DNA from: Cuniculiplasma divulgatum | GTDB taxonomy: Archaea > Thermoplasmatota > Thermoplasmata > Thermoplasmatales > Thermoplasmataceae | DNA length: 32,000 bases | Direction of reading: 5' to 3' | Assembly (NCBI RefSeq): GCF_900083515.1 | Contig: NZ_LT671858.1 | Location: forward strand, 900,001 to 932,000 | Part shown: one piece after another, positions 17,253 through 26,379 of the stretch | Position numbering within the stretch: position 1 is the first letter of the stretch | Layout: the number at the start of each line of letters is the position of its first letter | Notes under the pieces: generated by a model | Told to the model about the DNA's origin: nothing | The model's input: only the letters and a program-made list of their open reading frames with translations | The model's database searches: none | Program-made: the position numbers and the translations under genes

Positions 17253-18461
17253 TTACCTGTTAATGTTCATTACAATGCCAGAACAGACCTTAGGAAAGAA
17301 ATAGGTTGATTTTTGAGGTAGAAAGCCATTTTTCACTATGAGATTAAATAATTTTTCCTTATTCCAGGGAGGCATGACAAAAACGATTGAGCTCTCACCA
17401 GAATCTATCATCCTTTTACACTCTTTTATGTCGTGGGTATAATATATCATGGCATCTAATTCTTCATCTGATAAACCGAGTATTTCTTTTAGGACTACGT
17501 TTTGAATAAGATGTATAGCAGAAATTGCAGATATACCTCTCTTCTTTATCTTCTCCTGATCAATAATCATATTATCCTCTTGTGATAAAATAAGAACATT
17601 TTCATCCTTTGGTCCTTCTGAATCTGCTTTTACAGAATTACATACTGACCGTAAGTTGTTTAGTTTCTCATTATCAATTCTGCACTTCAAAGCCCTGTGA
17701 ATACCATTAATTAGGAGTGAATCTGAATCTATATTAGTTGTATACGCCATTATTGAAGACCAGAATACCTCATCATTTTTATTTGATGATTGAGCCATTT
17801 GCATTGTTGCAGCCAATCTGTGATGGCCATCTGCAACAATTGCCACATCAGTTTTTAGTATCTCCGAAATTGTATGAGAATCATTTAGTGGTATCTTAAA
17901 GATTTTGTATTTTACACTATCTGTATCAGTAAATTCTAACCATGGTTGTAGTTTACTGGAGAGGAGAATCAATTTCCGGTCAAACTGTTTGTTATTTACC
18001 ACAAGGAAAATCGGTTCGAGCTGTGCATTCGTATCCTTCAAAACTTTGACCCTATCGGAAACTTTACCAGGAAAGGTTTTTTCATGAGGCTGTAACAAAC
18101 CATCTTCTGGATATATATCTACAAGTGAAATAACTCCAAACCTTTCTCTAATCCTACCGTTAATCCAGGATTGTTGGTTAATTAAAATCATACCTGCTTC
18201 CTCCTTTTTTTTAAGTACGCCTGAATCAATCCATTTATCTATTAACATAGTACCCTGTGATTCTTTTTCTGGTAGAGTCAAGTGAGTTATGTTAAAGGGA
18301 AATGACTTCAATTCAGATTCTAATGATTTTGAGATTGAATCAAATGGTGGAGATATGGATTTTTCTACATTATCACAAAAATAATAAGGTTCAAATTCCC
18401 GAAGTCTGACCATTCTAACACTCCCTTTCAATAGAAGGATAGATTTCTTTAATGATTGCAC
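17253..18461 (-). CDS. DUF1015-family protein (ParB/Srx-like fold, function unknown)
   Basis: Signature IVADGHHRLAA, about 400 aa. The likely true start is MVRLREFEPYYF (18413). First gene of the serA-aminotransferase cluster. Confidence 0.75.
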   Translation of the reverse strand: MQSLKKSILLLKGSVRMVRLREFEPYYFCDNVEKSISPPFDSISKSLESELKSFPFNITHLTLPEKESQGTMLIDKWIDSGVLKKKEEAGMILINQQSWINGRIRERFGVISLVDIYPEDGLLQPHEKTFPGKVSDRVKVLKDTNAQLEPIFLVVNNKQFDRKLILLSSKLQPWLEFTDTDSVKYKIFKIPLNDSHTISEILKTDVAIVADGHHRLAATMQMAQSSNKNDEVFWSSIMAYTTNIDSDSLLINGIHRALKCRIDNEKLNNLRSVCNSVKADSEGPKDENVLILSQEDNMIIDQEKIKKRGISAISAIHLIQNVVLKEILGLSDEELDAMIYYTHDIKECKRMIDSGESSIVFVMPPWNKEKLFNLIVKNGFLPQKSTYFFPKVCSGIVMNINR

Positions 18462-18858
18462 TCTGAATATTTTGTTTCTTCATAACCTGAATCACATCCT
18501 CATACCAACTACCCACCATATAAATTTTGATTCGCAAATGGCAACATATTGAATACTAGTATTACTGCAAATTTAATATTCATACTTCAATTCTAAAACT
18601 TTAATGAAACATAGTCTCAGTCTTGTCAGAACGGGGTTATCTATTTTAATGGAAAGAATTAATTCGTCGAAATCTGTTCATAGATCGTTCTGCCATATTT
18701 CCATTGAACTAAATTATAAAAATGTAAATTAAGGTAACTGTCCATAAGGCGTTTCTCGCTCTATTTATAAAAAAATGAGGGGAAATAAGTTTATATGAAG
18801 TAACAACCTGACAGCCAATGACTTTAATACAATCAAGAAATGACATTATCTGTCAGTT

Positions 18859-19971
18859 ATGGATACAAAGAGAGTTTTTACCATAGGCGAAAAAATTAAA
18901 TCAACTCTTGAAAAAGAGGGACTGTATCAGCAGATAGAATATCCTGAACCATCACCGGATGATGGAAATATTTCTTATGGTTTAAGTTACCCTATAAAAG
19001 CCTTTGAGAAATTTCTGGGATATTATGATTCAGCTGAAAAGATTGCGTTTAATCCATCTATTTCATTCAACACAGATTTTTCCTTTTGTCTTTCTGCGTG
19101 TAAATATACAAAGACTGCAAAAACAGACTCTGTTGTTCTCGATGGTGTTACAAATGACAGCTATACCCTTAAGGCTACATCTGCGCTGCAGAGCTTCAAG
19201 AAAAAATTTAAGATAGAAGGAAGTTTTCAATTTTATCTAAAGAGATACAGGAAATATACTGAAGCAAAAGGAATGAGTGAATCCTCTGCGGTTGCCTCGG
19301 CAGCTTCAAGATCCCTGATTAACAATCTGTTTAACGAAAAGAAACCTGTCATGGATCATCTCACTTCAAGATTTGCACGACTTGTATCAGGATCAGGTAC
19401 AAGGGCAAGCATAGAAGGCCTGTCCATCTGGTTATCATATCCCGGTTTGGATAGTGACCAGTCCTTTGCAGTTAAGATCAGGGATAATCCAAAGGAAATT
19501 TATTATGGGATTTTTCCAAAAAGGAATTCCATAAAAACCGATCAGGCCCATAATAATGTAAAAAATTCAATCTTCTATGATACCTGGATATATGATAAGA
19601 TGGATGCTGTCAAGAATGCTACTGAGAATAATTTTAACACTTCGTTTCTCATAGAACGTGGTCAGAAGGATTCTTTGAACCTTCATTCAGTGCTCATTTC
19701 ATCTGGTATGTTCGCTCAAACCGGGGAAAGTATAGAATTGCTGAGAAAAATAATGAAGTTTCAATCTGATAGTGAAGGGATATATTTTAACGCCGATACT
19801 GGTCCTTCCATTATGATTTCCTCTCTTGATAGAAATTTAATTCTTGAATGCAAATCATATGTTAATGAGAATTTCCTTGAAGGTGGAATGAAGTACGATG
19901 ATCATGTTAAAAAAATGAACGACTTTAAAAAAGAGAGTGAGGCATATTTTAATTCAATAAGTAGAGAATAA
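18859..19971 (+). CDS. GHMP-superfamily protein of the diphosphomevalonate decarboxylase family (mevalonate 3-kinase or mevalonate-3,5-bisphosphate decarboxylase candidate)
   Basis: MDD-like N-terminal motif YPIKAFEKFLGYYDSAEKIAFNPSISF (compare IKYWGK...NxSIS). Degenerate GHMP motif II KGMSESSAVASAAS. Confidence 0.7.
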   Translation: MDTKRVFTIGEKIKSTLEKEGLYQQIEYPEPSPDDGNISYGLSYPIKAFEKFLGYYDSAEKIAFNPSISFNTDFSFCLSACKYTKTAKTDSVVLDGVTNDSYTLKATSALQSFKKKFKIEGSFQFYLKRYRKYTEAKGMSESSAVASAASRSLINNLFNEKKPVMDHLTSRFARLVSGSGTRASIEGLSIWLSYPGLDSDQSFAVKIRDNPKEIYYGIFPKRNSIKTDQAHNNVKNSIFYDTWIYDKMDAVKNATENNFNTSFLIERGQKDSLNLHSVLISSGMFAQTGESIELLRKIMKFQSDSEGIYFNADTGPSIMISSLDRNLILECKSYVNENFLEGGMKYDDHVKKMNDFKKESEAYFNSISRE

Positions 19972-20433
19972 TGTTAAATTAACGCATAAACTCGAAGCTC
20001 GCTTTAGCATTTAGAAAATGAGAGTATTAAACTATTACACATAGATAAGGCCGTAGATTTCATTTTTTTAGCCATAAGAAGTTCTAAAAAATGCATATTA
20101 GTTTACTACTCATTTGAAGAGTTATATAAGAATTAAATTTAAATAGCGATTGCTTTACTTTAAATAACAAATGGTTCAGCATGATTAAAATACCTGGAAT
20201 CGAACTTAATGAGTCCTTTTTTGGTGCAGGTATCAGGTTTCTTTGTGGGAGGTAAAATCAAAAATCGAAATAAATATCTGTGTTATATAGTTACTTGTGA
20301 AAAACACTATGTGTTAACAGTAAAGATTCGTAAAATATAATATTAGTCATATGGGTTTAAATTTATAATTATAATATATTTCTAAAGAGTTTTCTGGTAG
20401 GTGGTTTGATCACCATTTTTTTCACCTTGGAAA

Positions 20434-21162
20434 CTAGTACAATCCATAATCGTTATCAGATTTAGCATAATTTTGTGGATTGGTAAGAAGTTCATGACCA
20501 CTGTAGAAGAATAGAACTAAAAGAATGATAGCACTAAGAATAGAAAACAAAGAGTATAGATTAATGGAGTGGGCCTTTATTAGGTTTATAGCGGATTCAG
20601 CAGAAGACAAAGTTGTAATTGAGGATAAGGTAGCAAAGACAGTTTCCATTTCACCAATAAATCCGATTAATGTGAACGCAAGTGATGTTAAAAGGGCAGC
20701 GATAAGTAATTTAAACTTATTATTCTTAAAAAATTGGATGTTCAATAAGTAGTAGGAAATATAATATAAAAGCGAGGGGATAACCGTAATAATTACTGTA
20801 TTTACTATAAGGGAGGAAATAACACCGTCAGGTATGTTTCCAGATGGATATTCCGTTACTATTGAAAAAGCAACCGATACAACATAGATAGTAGCGCCTA
20901 AAATTGCTATTATTGCAAATAGTATATAAATGCTAATTCCGTTAATTAAATGTCTTCTAAAATCATGTTTAAGTGACTTTCTTGATACTATTACAATTAC
21001 AAGACCAGCGAAGCCTATTAAAATTGAAATATATGAAAGGAAACTGATTTCAGTTAGAACACTTATTATGCTTATCAAAAAAGTAAGGCTGAATAGTATG
21101 TACGCATATCCAACGTTTCTAACTCCCTCATTTCTCAAATTATTTGATTGTTCTGGATTCAC
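20434..21162 (-). CDS. Hypothetical polytopic membrane protein
   Basis: 242-aa ORF with about 6 long hydrophobic segments. No recognisable motif. Confidence 0.55.
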   Translation of the reverse strand: MNPEQSNNLRNEGVRNVGYAYILFSLTFLISIISVLTEISFLSYISILIGFAGLVIVIVSRKSLKHDFRRHLINGISIYILFAIIAILGATIYVVSVAFSIVTEYPSGNIPDGVISSLIVNTVIITVIPSLLYYISYYLLNIQFFKNNKFKLLIAALLTSLAFTLIGFIGEMETVFATLSSITTLSSAESAINLIKAHSINLYSLFSILSAIILLVLFFYSGHELLTNPQNYAKSDNDYGLY

Positions 21163-21336
21163 TTATTATTAATGTATTATATATAATAAATATTTTGGTG
21201 TTGAATATCCTTAGTATGAAAACTGTTACAAATAGATGATTGAATCGTCTATTATATTTTTCCTGCAGTCATTAAATATTATAATACTTGGAGATAAAGA
21301 TAAGTATAAGTTATTACATTTAAGACTGGGAAAAAA

Positions 21337-21987
21337 GTGATAAGACCAAATCCCTATAGAAATGAAGGTGACCCAGACATCAACTTTATTATGGCCGGTG
21401 CTGTTGAATTTAATCCTTCCCCGATTCTTCTTAAGAAAATCAGAATGAACAAAATAGAGGGCTTCTTTTTTGGATTATTTTTTACTTTCCTGAGTATCTT
21501 TATTTCCATACTTACTTCCAATATATATTATCTATTTCTTGCCTTAATCCTATTTGGATTGAGTTTTTCTTCAGTTGGGCTGGTTTATATACATTCAGAA
21601 TTGATGTTCAGTCAGAAATATGTTATTAATGCCTATGGACTTGGGCTGATACGTGGGGAAAAAATATATTATTATCATTCATTTAACCAGTTACAATCCT
21701 CAATTATCGTGCACACTGTGAAGGGGAATCTTGATTATTATTCTGTTTTCTTTTTGCCCATTGATTTGAAATTAAAATTACCAGGGAATTTAGATCAAAT
21801 AAGTCTTGAAATGCTAAAGAATCTATTACATGAAGCACGAAAAAACAGTGATAATAGATTTACTTTGAAAACATTAAAGCGTTACTACACTTTTCCTTAT
21901 CTAGATTTGAATTTGGCCATAGAAGTTAGGAAGTATTATATCAGGATGTATGAAGGCTGGTCAGTGCCTTACAAATATTTTACCTGA
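21337..21987 (+). CDS. Hypothetical membrane-anchored protein (TM hairpin + soluble C-terminal domain)
   Basis: Two adjacent TM helices (FFFGLFFTFLSIFISILT / YYLFLALILFGLSFSSVGLVYI) are followed by about 130 soluble residues. GTG start; the alternative is Met19. Confidence 0.5.
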   Translation: MIRPNPYRNEGDPDINFIMAGAVEFNPSPILLKKIRMNKIEGFFFGLFFTFLSIFISILTSNIYYLFLALILFGLSFSSVGLVYIHSELMFSQKYVINAYGLGLIRGEKIYYYHSFNQLQSSIIVHTVKGNLDYYSVFFLPIDLKLKLPGNLDQISLEMLKNLLHEARKNSDNRFTLKTLKRYYTFPYLDLNLAIEVRKYYIRMYEGWSVPYKYFT

Positions 21988-22002
21988 AATTGTATAACAA
22001 AT

Positions 22003-22419
22003 TCAGATATCTTCAACGGTCTTAGCAGTTATATCCAGTTCAACAGCAGCCTTAGAAATCCTCTGGCTATCTGTAATTAGAATGAGCTTATTTTCCTTTG
22101 CAGCCCACAAATAACTTACTTCCTTAAAATTAAGTTTTTTGTAAATTGCAATGTTTAGCATTGTTTTAAAATCATCCCAGAGAACAGGGACGATTTCTAC
22201 ACTTTTGAGTATATCAATAAGGTCATCACCAAGAGATGTAATTCTTGCTTTTTCATCTTCCGCTTCTTCCATTGAGCACCTGTTAGAAATCAGATCTCCA
22301 ATCTCACTGTAACATGACTCTATGATACAGGAATTTTCTATAAAATCAATTGCACTATCAGGCTTTATTAAAAAAATTTTAATAAGTGATGCCCCATCAA
22401 TTAGGTATTTCTTTTCCAT
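22003..22419 (-). CDS. vapC: PIN-domain toxin (VapC-like)
   Basis: N-terminal beta1 acidic residue (KYLIDGASL) and C-terminal LILITDSQRISKAA motif. 138 aa. Begins 2 nt after the stop of a ribbon-helix-helix gene. Confidence 0.65.
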   Translation of the reverse strand: MEKKYLIDGASLIKIFLIKPDSAIDFIENSCIIESCYSEIGDLISNRCSMEEAEDEKARITSLGDDLIDILKSVEIVPVLWDDFKTMLNIAIYKKLNFKEVSYLWAAKENKLILITDSQRISKAAVELDITAKTVEDI

Positions 22420-22421
22420 TC

Positions 22422-22646
22422 CTATTTATCCCTCTTTGCGTTTTTATTTACCATAAGGAAATCACTGGGTGACTCATTCCTGAACCTCTCTGACAGATCC
22501 CTTATTTTTTTGACCAGAATTTCTCTTTGGATACTTGATACCTCCTCTTCCAGGGATTTTCTTATAACTTCTGACAGGTTAACATTGAGCCTTTTTAATT
22601 CCTCATATAAGCTATCATCGATCCTAACACTTATAATTTGAGTCAT
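22422..22646 (-). CDS. vapB: Ribbon-helix-helix (CopG/VapB-like) antitoxin
   Basis: The N-terminus IISVRIDDSLYEELKRL is a typical RHH strand-helix. 74 aa, immediately upstream of the PIN gene. Confidence 0.65.
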   Translation of the reverse strand: MTQIISVRIDDSLYEELKRLNVNLSEVIRKSLEEEVSSIQREILVKKIRDLSERFRNESPSDFLMVNKNAKRDK

Positions 22647-22656
22647 CGTTTTTTGT

Positions 22657-22670
22657 ATACGTAATACGTA
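22657..22670. promoter_or_regulatory. Tandem ATACGTA ATACGTA (two TACGTA palindromes) just upstream of vapB; candidate autoregulatory operator
   Basis: Exact 7-mer duplication 11-24 nt upstream of the vapB start codon. RHH antitoxins typically bind repeated or palindromic sites in their own promoter. Confidence 0.25.
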
Positions 22671-22798
22671 CTTTAACGTTGTTAAACGTCATTTCTTTGT
22701 TAATATTTTTAACAGATAACTAAAAACTGTTTCTAAGGCCTGATAATTTATGAAGAATCTAGTTAGTAATGGACTGGATATATGTTAGTTGTATGTGT

Positions 22799-24094
22799 CT
22801 ATATAATTGCTATTATTCCAAAGATCGGGACGAAAATTAGACTTGACCAGTAGGCCATTTCTCTTATACCAGATGAAGAATATTCTCTCATGATGTTTCT
22901 GTTTCTTGCTATCATCCCCATTAGTACACCCGGACCTATAAGCACAAAGACAAATATCACGAGAAGATAAAGAACGCTACTAATTAGATAGGATTTTGGT
23001 AGAATCAGAGCTATAATTACAGCAGGCAGACTTTCCATAATATATATCAAGGATGATTTTTCCCTCCCTATTCCCAGTGCTTCCATGAACCCCCATGCAC
23101 TGCCCATAGATATGACGACAAGAACTAAAAAAGCGGCTCCTATGAGACCAATACCAAATCAATAGGGTGAATATACGCCGGCAATGGCAGTTAAGCCACC
23201 AGCCAGCTGGGATATTGACGCAAAATTCATATTTGGGCCAATACCACTCATCACCATTTCCACTACTACCATTAACATTTCTGATACTACTGCTCCAAGA
23301 AGCGTTTCAAGTCTCATTGATTTCATAGCAGTTTTTGTAAATTTGTCTCTCACTATATTGCTATTGATTTCCGTGCTATTATTGATCTGAAACTTCTTCC
23401 TGGTGTGAATAACCTTTTCTGCTGTTGCTGATGCCTGAAAAAAGAGCATAAATGGCATTATGACTGCGTCAACATTTACAGCTAGCATAAATAGAAATGT
23501 TGGAGATGGGACAAAATACAGTGGACTATATGGCTCTATTCCTCGAACTGTAAGTGCAGCAATGAAGGCAACAATTAGCATACCTGAAATTACGAGAAGA
23601 ATGGATTCAGTTAGTCCATACTTTCTGTGTATGACCACTGCTATATGAATCACATAAAAAACTGGCAGCGAAAACAGTATGGGGATATTGAATAGAGATA
23701 ATCCTACTGCAATTCCAAGATATTCAATAACATACGTAACAATGTCGGTTAGGACCATTGGAACTGTTGCAATCAAGGTAAGTGAGTGCGAATAATTATT
23801 CCTGATTACCTCCCCTAACCCCATTTCAGTAGCAACTCCAATTCTGCCGGAACTTTCCTGGACTAAATAAAGTGGGATTACCAGAACAATAGTAAACCAT
23901 ATTAATCCGTACTTGAATAATGCACCCGTTTCAGCAGCTCCAAGCGTGCTGCTGGCATCCATGTCGGCTATCATAACCAGCCATGCTGGCCCAAAAAATT
24001 TAAAAATATTTCTTACTCTTATCATGTGACTCATTTTACCAGCCAGGGATAAGAGAAATCTGGATAATCCCAGAGAAATATTGATCAAGCACAA
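22799..24094 (-). pseudogene. Nramp/MntH-family divalent metal transporter interrupted by one in-frame TGA
   Basis: The ORF 23159-24094 (FGPAWLVMIADMDASSTLGAAETGALFKYGLIW, Nramp TM1 region) ends ...AGVYSPY-TGA. The same frame continues FGIGLIGAAFLVLVVIS into ORF 22799-23107 (MGSAWGFMEALGIG..., Nramp MEGF-like region). The joined length of about 431 codons matches full-length Nramp. The likely true start is MSHMIRV (24034). Confidence 0.85.
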
Positions 24095-24197
24095 GTATGA
24101 TTGTCATTTTATCACGTAAGGACTCCCTTACAGTATAGGGCAATACTTAAGTTTTCCTTAATTAAAAAATTTTTCATATGCAGAGGAAAGAATTTGA

Positions 24198-25217
24198 TTA
24201 CTCTGACATAATCTCTGAATGTTCGGTGAAATTTTGTTTTTCGCTTTGAAGAACATATAATATGAATTCCATAATGATACCTATGAGCACTAATATGGCC
24301 AGAAAAGTAAAAAAATATGACAAATCATCAAAGAATTGAACATGATATATTTCTGACATTGAATAGTAACCGATAGAATCAACCCCTAAAGGAAATAATG
24401 CTCCCCATGATGAAATTTTATATTTTTTATTAAACAATCCATTTTTAATTTTTACAATAAATACAATGAACATGAACAGAGCTATGAAGATTGAAGCTAT
24501 TATATCAACGGTTGCCATATAATGAAAAATATAACCTATTGTCATTTGGATAATATCATATACGGGAGTTCCCAATATTGAATATCCAAGTAGTGAAAGA
24601 ATTCCAGAATAAATCATGTAATAACCATTTATATCTTGAATATGCACTGGTCTTTTATGGTTGTATATCAACGAATAAGTAATGACTAAAATAGTACCTA
24701 TTTGTGATATTATTACCAGAAGAAACTCTAAACTTACGAAAATGAATGGAATCTGATTCTGTGTAACACCGATCAAAATGGAAAAACTCAAGAAAGAAAT
24801 AAGAGGCAAAAACAGCAAATAGTTTTCCTTTTCTTTATTATGAAAATTAAGTGTAAGCAGATATAATGAAATAAACAATATTGTAACTCCAAGCAAGACA
24901 ATAACAATGACCAAGGGGTATATGGATATGTGAGATTCATATAGTCGAGTGAACAGTACTGAGGTACCAGCTATGAATGTAAATGCCTGCATTACAGTTT
25001 TAGAGCTATATTTAAATATGTTACCCTTTAAGAGAAATAATTTCAATAAAAAGGATCCTATTAAACCAATATATATGGATATAGATAAAAACATTAATAA
25101 ATAAGAAAGAGCCATCATTCCGAGATGAAAAAGAGCATCTGATAGTATACCTGTTCCCATTACCGAAGCAAAGGAAGAATTTGGTAATGTTGAAAGATTT
25201 TTTTTAAATCCTTTCAT
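24198..25217 (-). CDS. TDT-family (TehA/Mae1/Ssu1-like) anion transporter
   Basis: About 10 TMS in 339 aa. The N-terminal FASVMGTGILS motif is characteristic of the tellurite-resistance/dicarboxylate transporter family. Confidence 0.6.
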   Translation of the reverse strand: MKGFKKNLSTLPNSSFASVMGTGILSDALFHLGMMALSYLLMFLSISIYIGLIGSFLLKLFLLKGNIFKYSSKTVMQAFTFIAGTSVLFTRLYESHISIYPLVIVIVLLGVTILFISLYLLTLNFHNKEKENYLLFLPLISFLSFSILIGVTQNQIPFIFVSLEFLLVIISQIGTILVITYSLIYNHKRPVHIQDINGYYMIYSGILSLLGYSILGTPVYDIIQMTIGYIFHYMATVDIIASIFIALFMFIVFIVKIKNGLFNKKYKISSWGALFPLGVDSIGYYSMSEIYHVQFFDDLSYFFTFLAILVLIGIIMEFILYVLQSEKQNFTEHSEIMSE

Positions 25218-25340
25218 TATGTTAAGATATCACAGAAGTTGTTATAAGACTTCTTTATTAGGTACTAAAAATATGAAGGCATGTTGTATATAAAAATTTT
25301 AATAGCTATTGAAACAACAATTTATAAATATGAATCTAAT

Positions 25341-25352
25341 AATCTTAAGATT
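25341..25352. promoter_or_regulatory. Perfect 12-bp palindrome AATCTTAAGATT nested in inverted repeat TGAATCT-N9-AGATTCA, downstream of a TTTATAAATA box
   Basis: Read directly from the sequence. The TATA-like box is at 25321-25330 and the palindrome at 25341-25352, 49-60 nt upstream of the first paralog start (25401). Confidence 0.3.
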
Positions 25353-25400
25353 CAGAATTATATCATAGTATAACTAAGTTGAATTTGCAGGATTGATAAT

Positions 25401-26339
25401 TTGCGTATAGAGAAGTTAAACTGGAAAAACTGGAAAAAGTGTACCATTGCAATAAAGGTAGATAGTGGTATTTTTAAACTTCTTGGGAGTAATATGGGTA
25501 AGATTCAGGCCTTTGTCTTTAATGAAGGAATGAAATCATTCGTGCAGCTTTATTTTGATGATAAAACGATAAGTTCAGGGGGAATCAGCAGAATTCTATC
25601 CAGAAAGGACGTTGTAAGATCAGATGGTTATATTTCCATATCAGAGGAACTGCAATCTTCAGATGCTGCAAAACTTATTTTTGATCTTACTGAGATGCCC
25701 TCTGTTCTAATAGAACAAACATATGTTATAGGTAATGAGATTTATTTTATCTTCCGCTTTCACAATTCATTTCTCTCTAAAATAAGCAGTTTGCTTACCG
25801 ATTATATCGCAGAAGATCTGAAGGTTAGGATAGTCGAGCTAGTGAATGCAGACAGTATAATAGACGCAGTAAATAATATTAAAAAAAATACAGAGGTATT
25901 GGTGGTTCAGATATCCACTCTCATAACCAAAGGGAGGAGTACGCTTGAATTTGTTAGGAGTAACTATCCGGATATTCTATCAATGCCTGAAACGAGAAGC
26001 CGTGACGACAATGGCTATAGAGTGATAATATTCTCCAAAAAAGAGCTCAACATGAAAGGTATGAATCCTATTTCGTTAAAAGAAGGACTGTACGAGGGGA
26101 GGCTGATTGACCCATATCTAGTTAAAAAGAGAAAGCTAACAAATGATTCGAGAATACCAAGATTTGGAGCGTTTTATTATATTAATGAAAACAGGTTAGT
26201 TGATACTACATTTATACCAAAAGAAATGGCACAAAACTATATTAGAACATACTTTGAGGCCATTGGTGACCTGGATACTTACAAAGCTATAATAGAGGTT
26301 TTCTCGGAGGCAAATGACGAAGTTTGGAAGCAGATTTAA
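25401..26339 (+). CDS. Uncharacterised protein, paralog 1 of a tandem triplet (312 aa)
   Basis: A TTG start is required because the N-terminus aligns with paralog 3 before the first ATG (KCTIAIKVDSGIFKLL vs RCLISIRGEDEIFEIM). Shared family motifs are PSV..., F(R/K)(F/Y)H, V(V/L)Q(I/T)S, RIPR and a C-terminal (V/I)W. Confidence 0.75.
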   Translation: MRIEKLNWKNWKKCTIAIKVDSGIFKLLGSNMGKIQAFVFNEGMKSFVQLYFDDKTISSGGISRILSRKDVVRSDGYISISEELQSSDAAKLIFDLTEMPSVLIEQTYVIGNEIYFIFRFHNSFLSKISSLLTDYIAEDLKVRIVELVNADSIIDAVNNIKKNTEVLVVQISTLITKGRSTLEFVRSNYPDILSMPETRSRDDNGYRVIIFSKKELNMKGMNPISLKEGLYEGRLIDPYLVKKRKLTNDSRIPRFGAFYYINENRLVDTTFIPKEMAQNYIRTYFEAIGDLDTYKAIIEVFSEANDEVWKQI

Positions 26340-26379
26340 GGAGATTTATAGTTGAACTTCAGTGAAAGGAGGTTTTGGT

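Noticed and set aside
20190-20215. A tRNA T-arm-like string (CCTGGAATCGAACTT) that might mark a tRNA fragment or att site at the island border.
   Set aside because: The flanking bases cannot form a T stem or acceptor stem (CCTGG vs CTTAA do not pair), and the loop differs from the reverse-complement TPsiC consensus. No cloverleaf can be drawn.
23159-23161. The in-frame TGA (Nramp) and the TAG at 11675-11677 (MFS) as programmed recoding (selenocysteine or pyrrolysine).
   Set aside because: The positions fall in ordinary transmembrane segments where no redox-active or Pyl residue is expected. No Sec or Pyl machinery or methylamine methyltransferase context is visible. Nonsense mutation or sequence error is the simpler explanation. 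This cannot be fully excluded without the whole genome.
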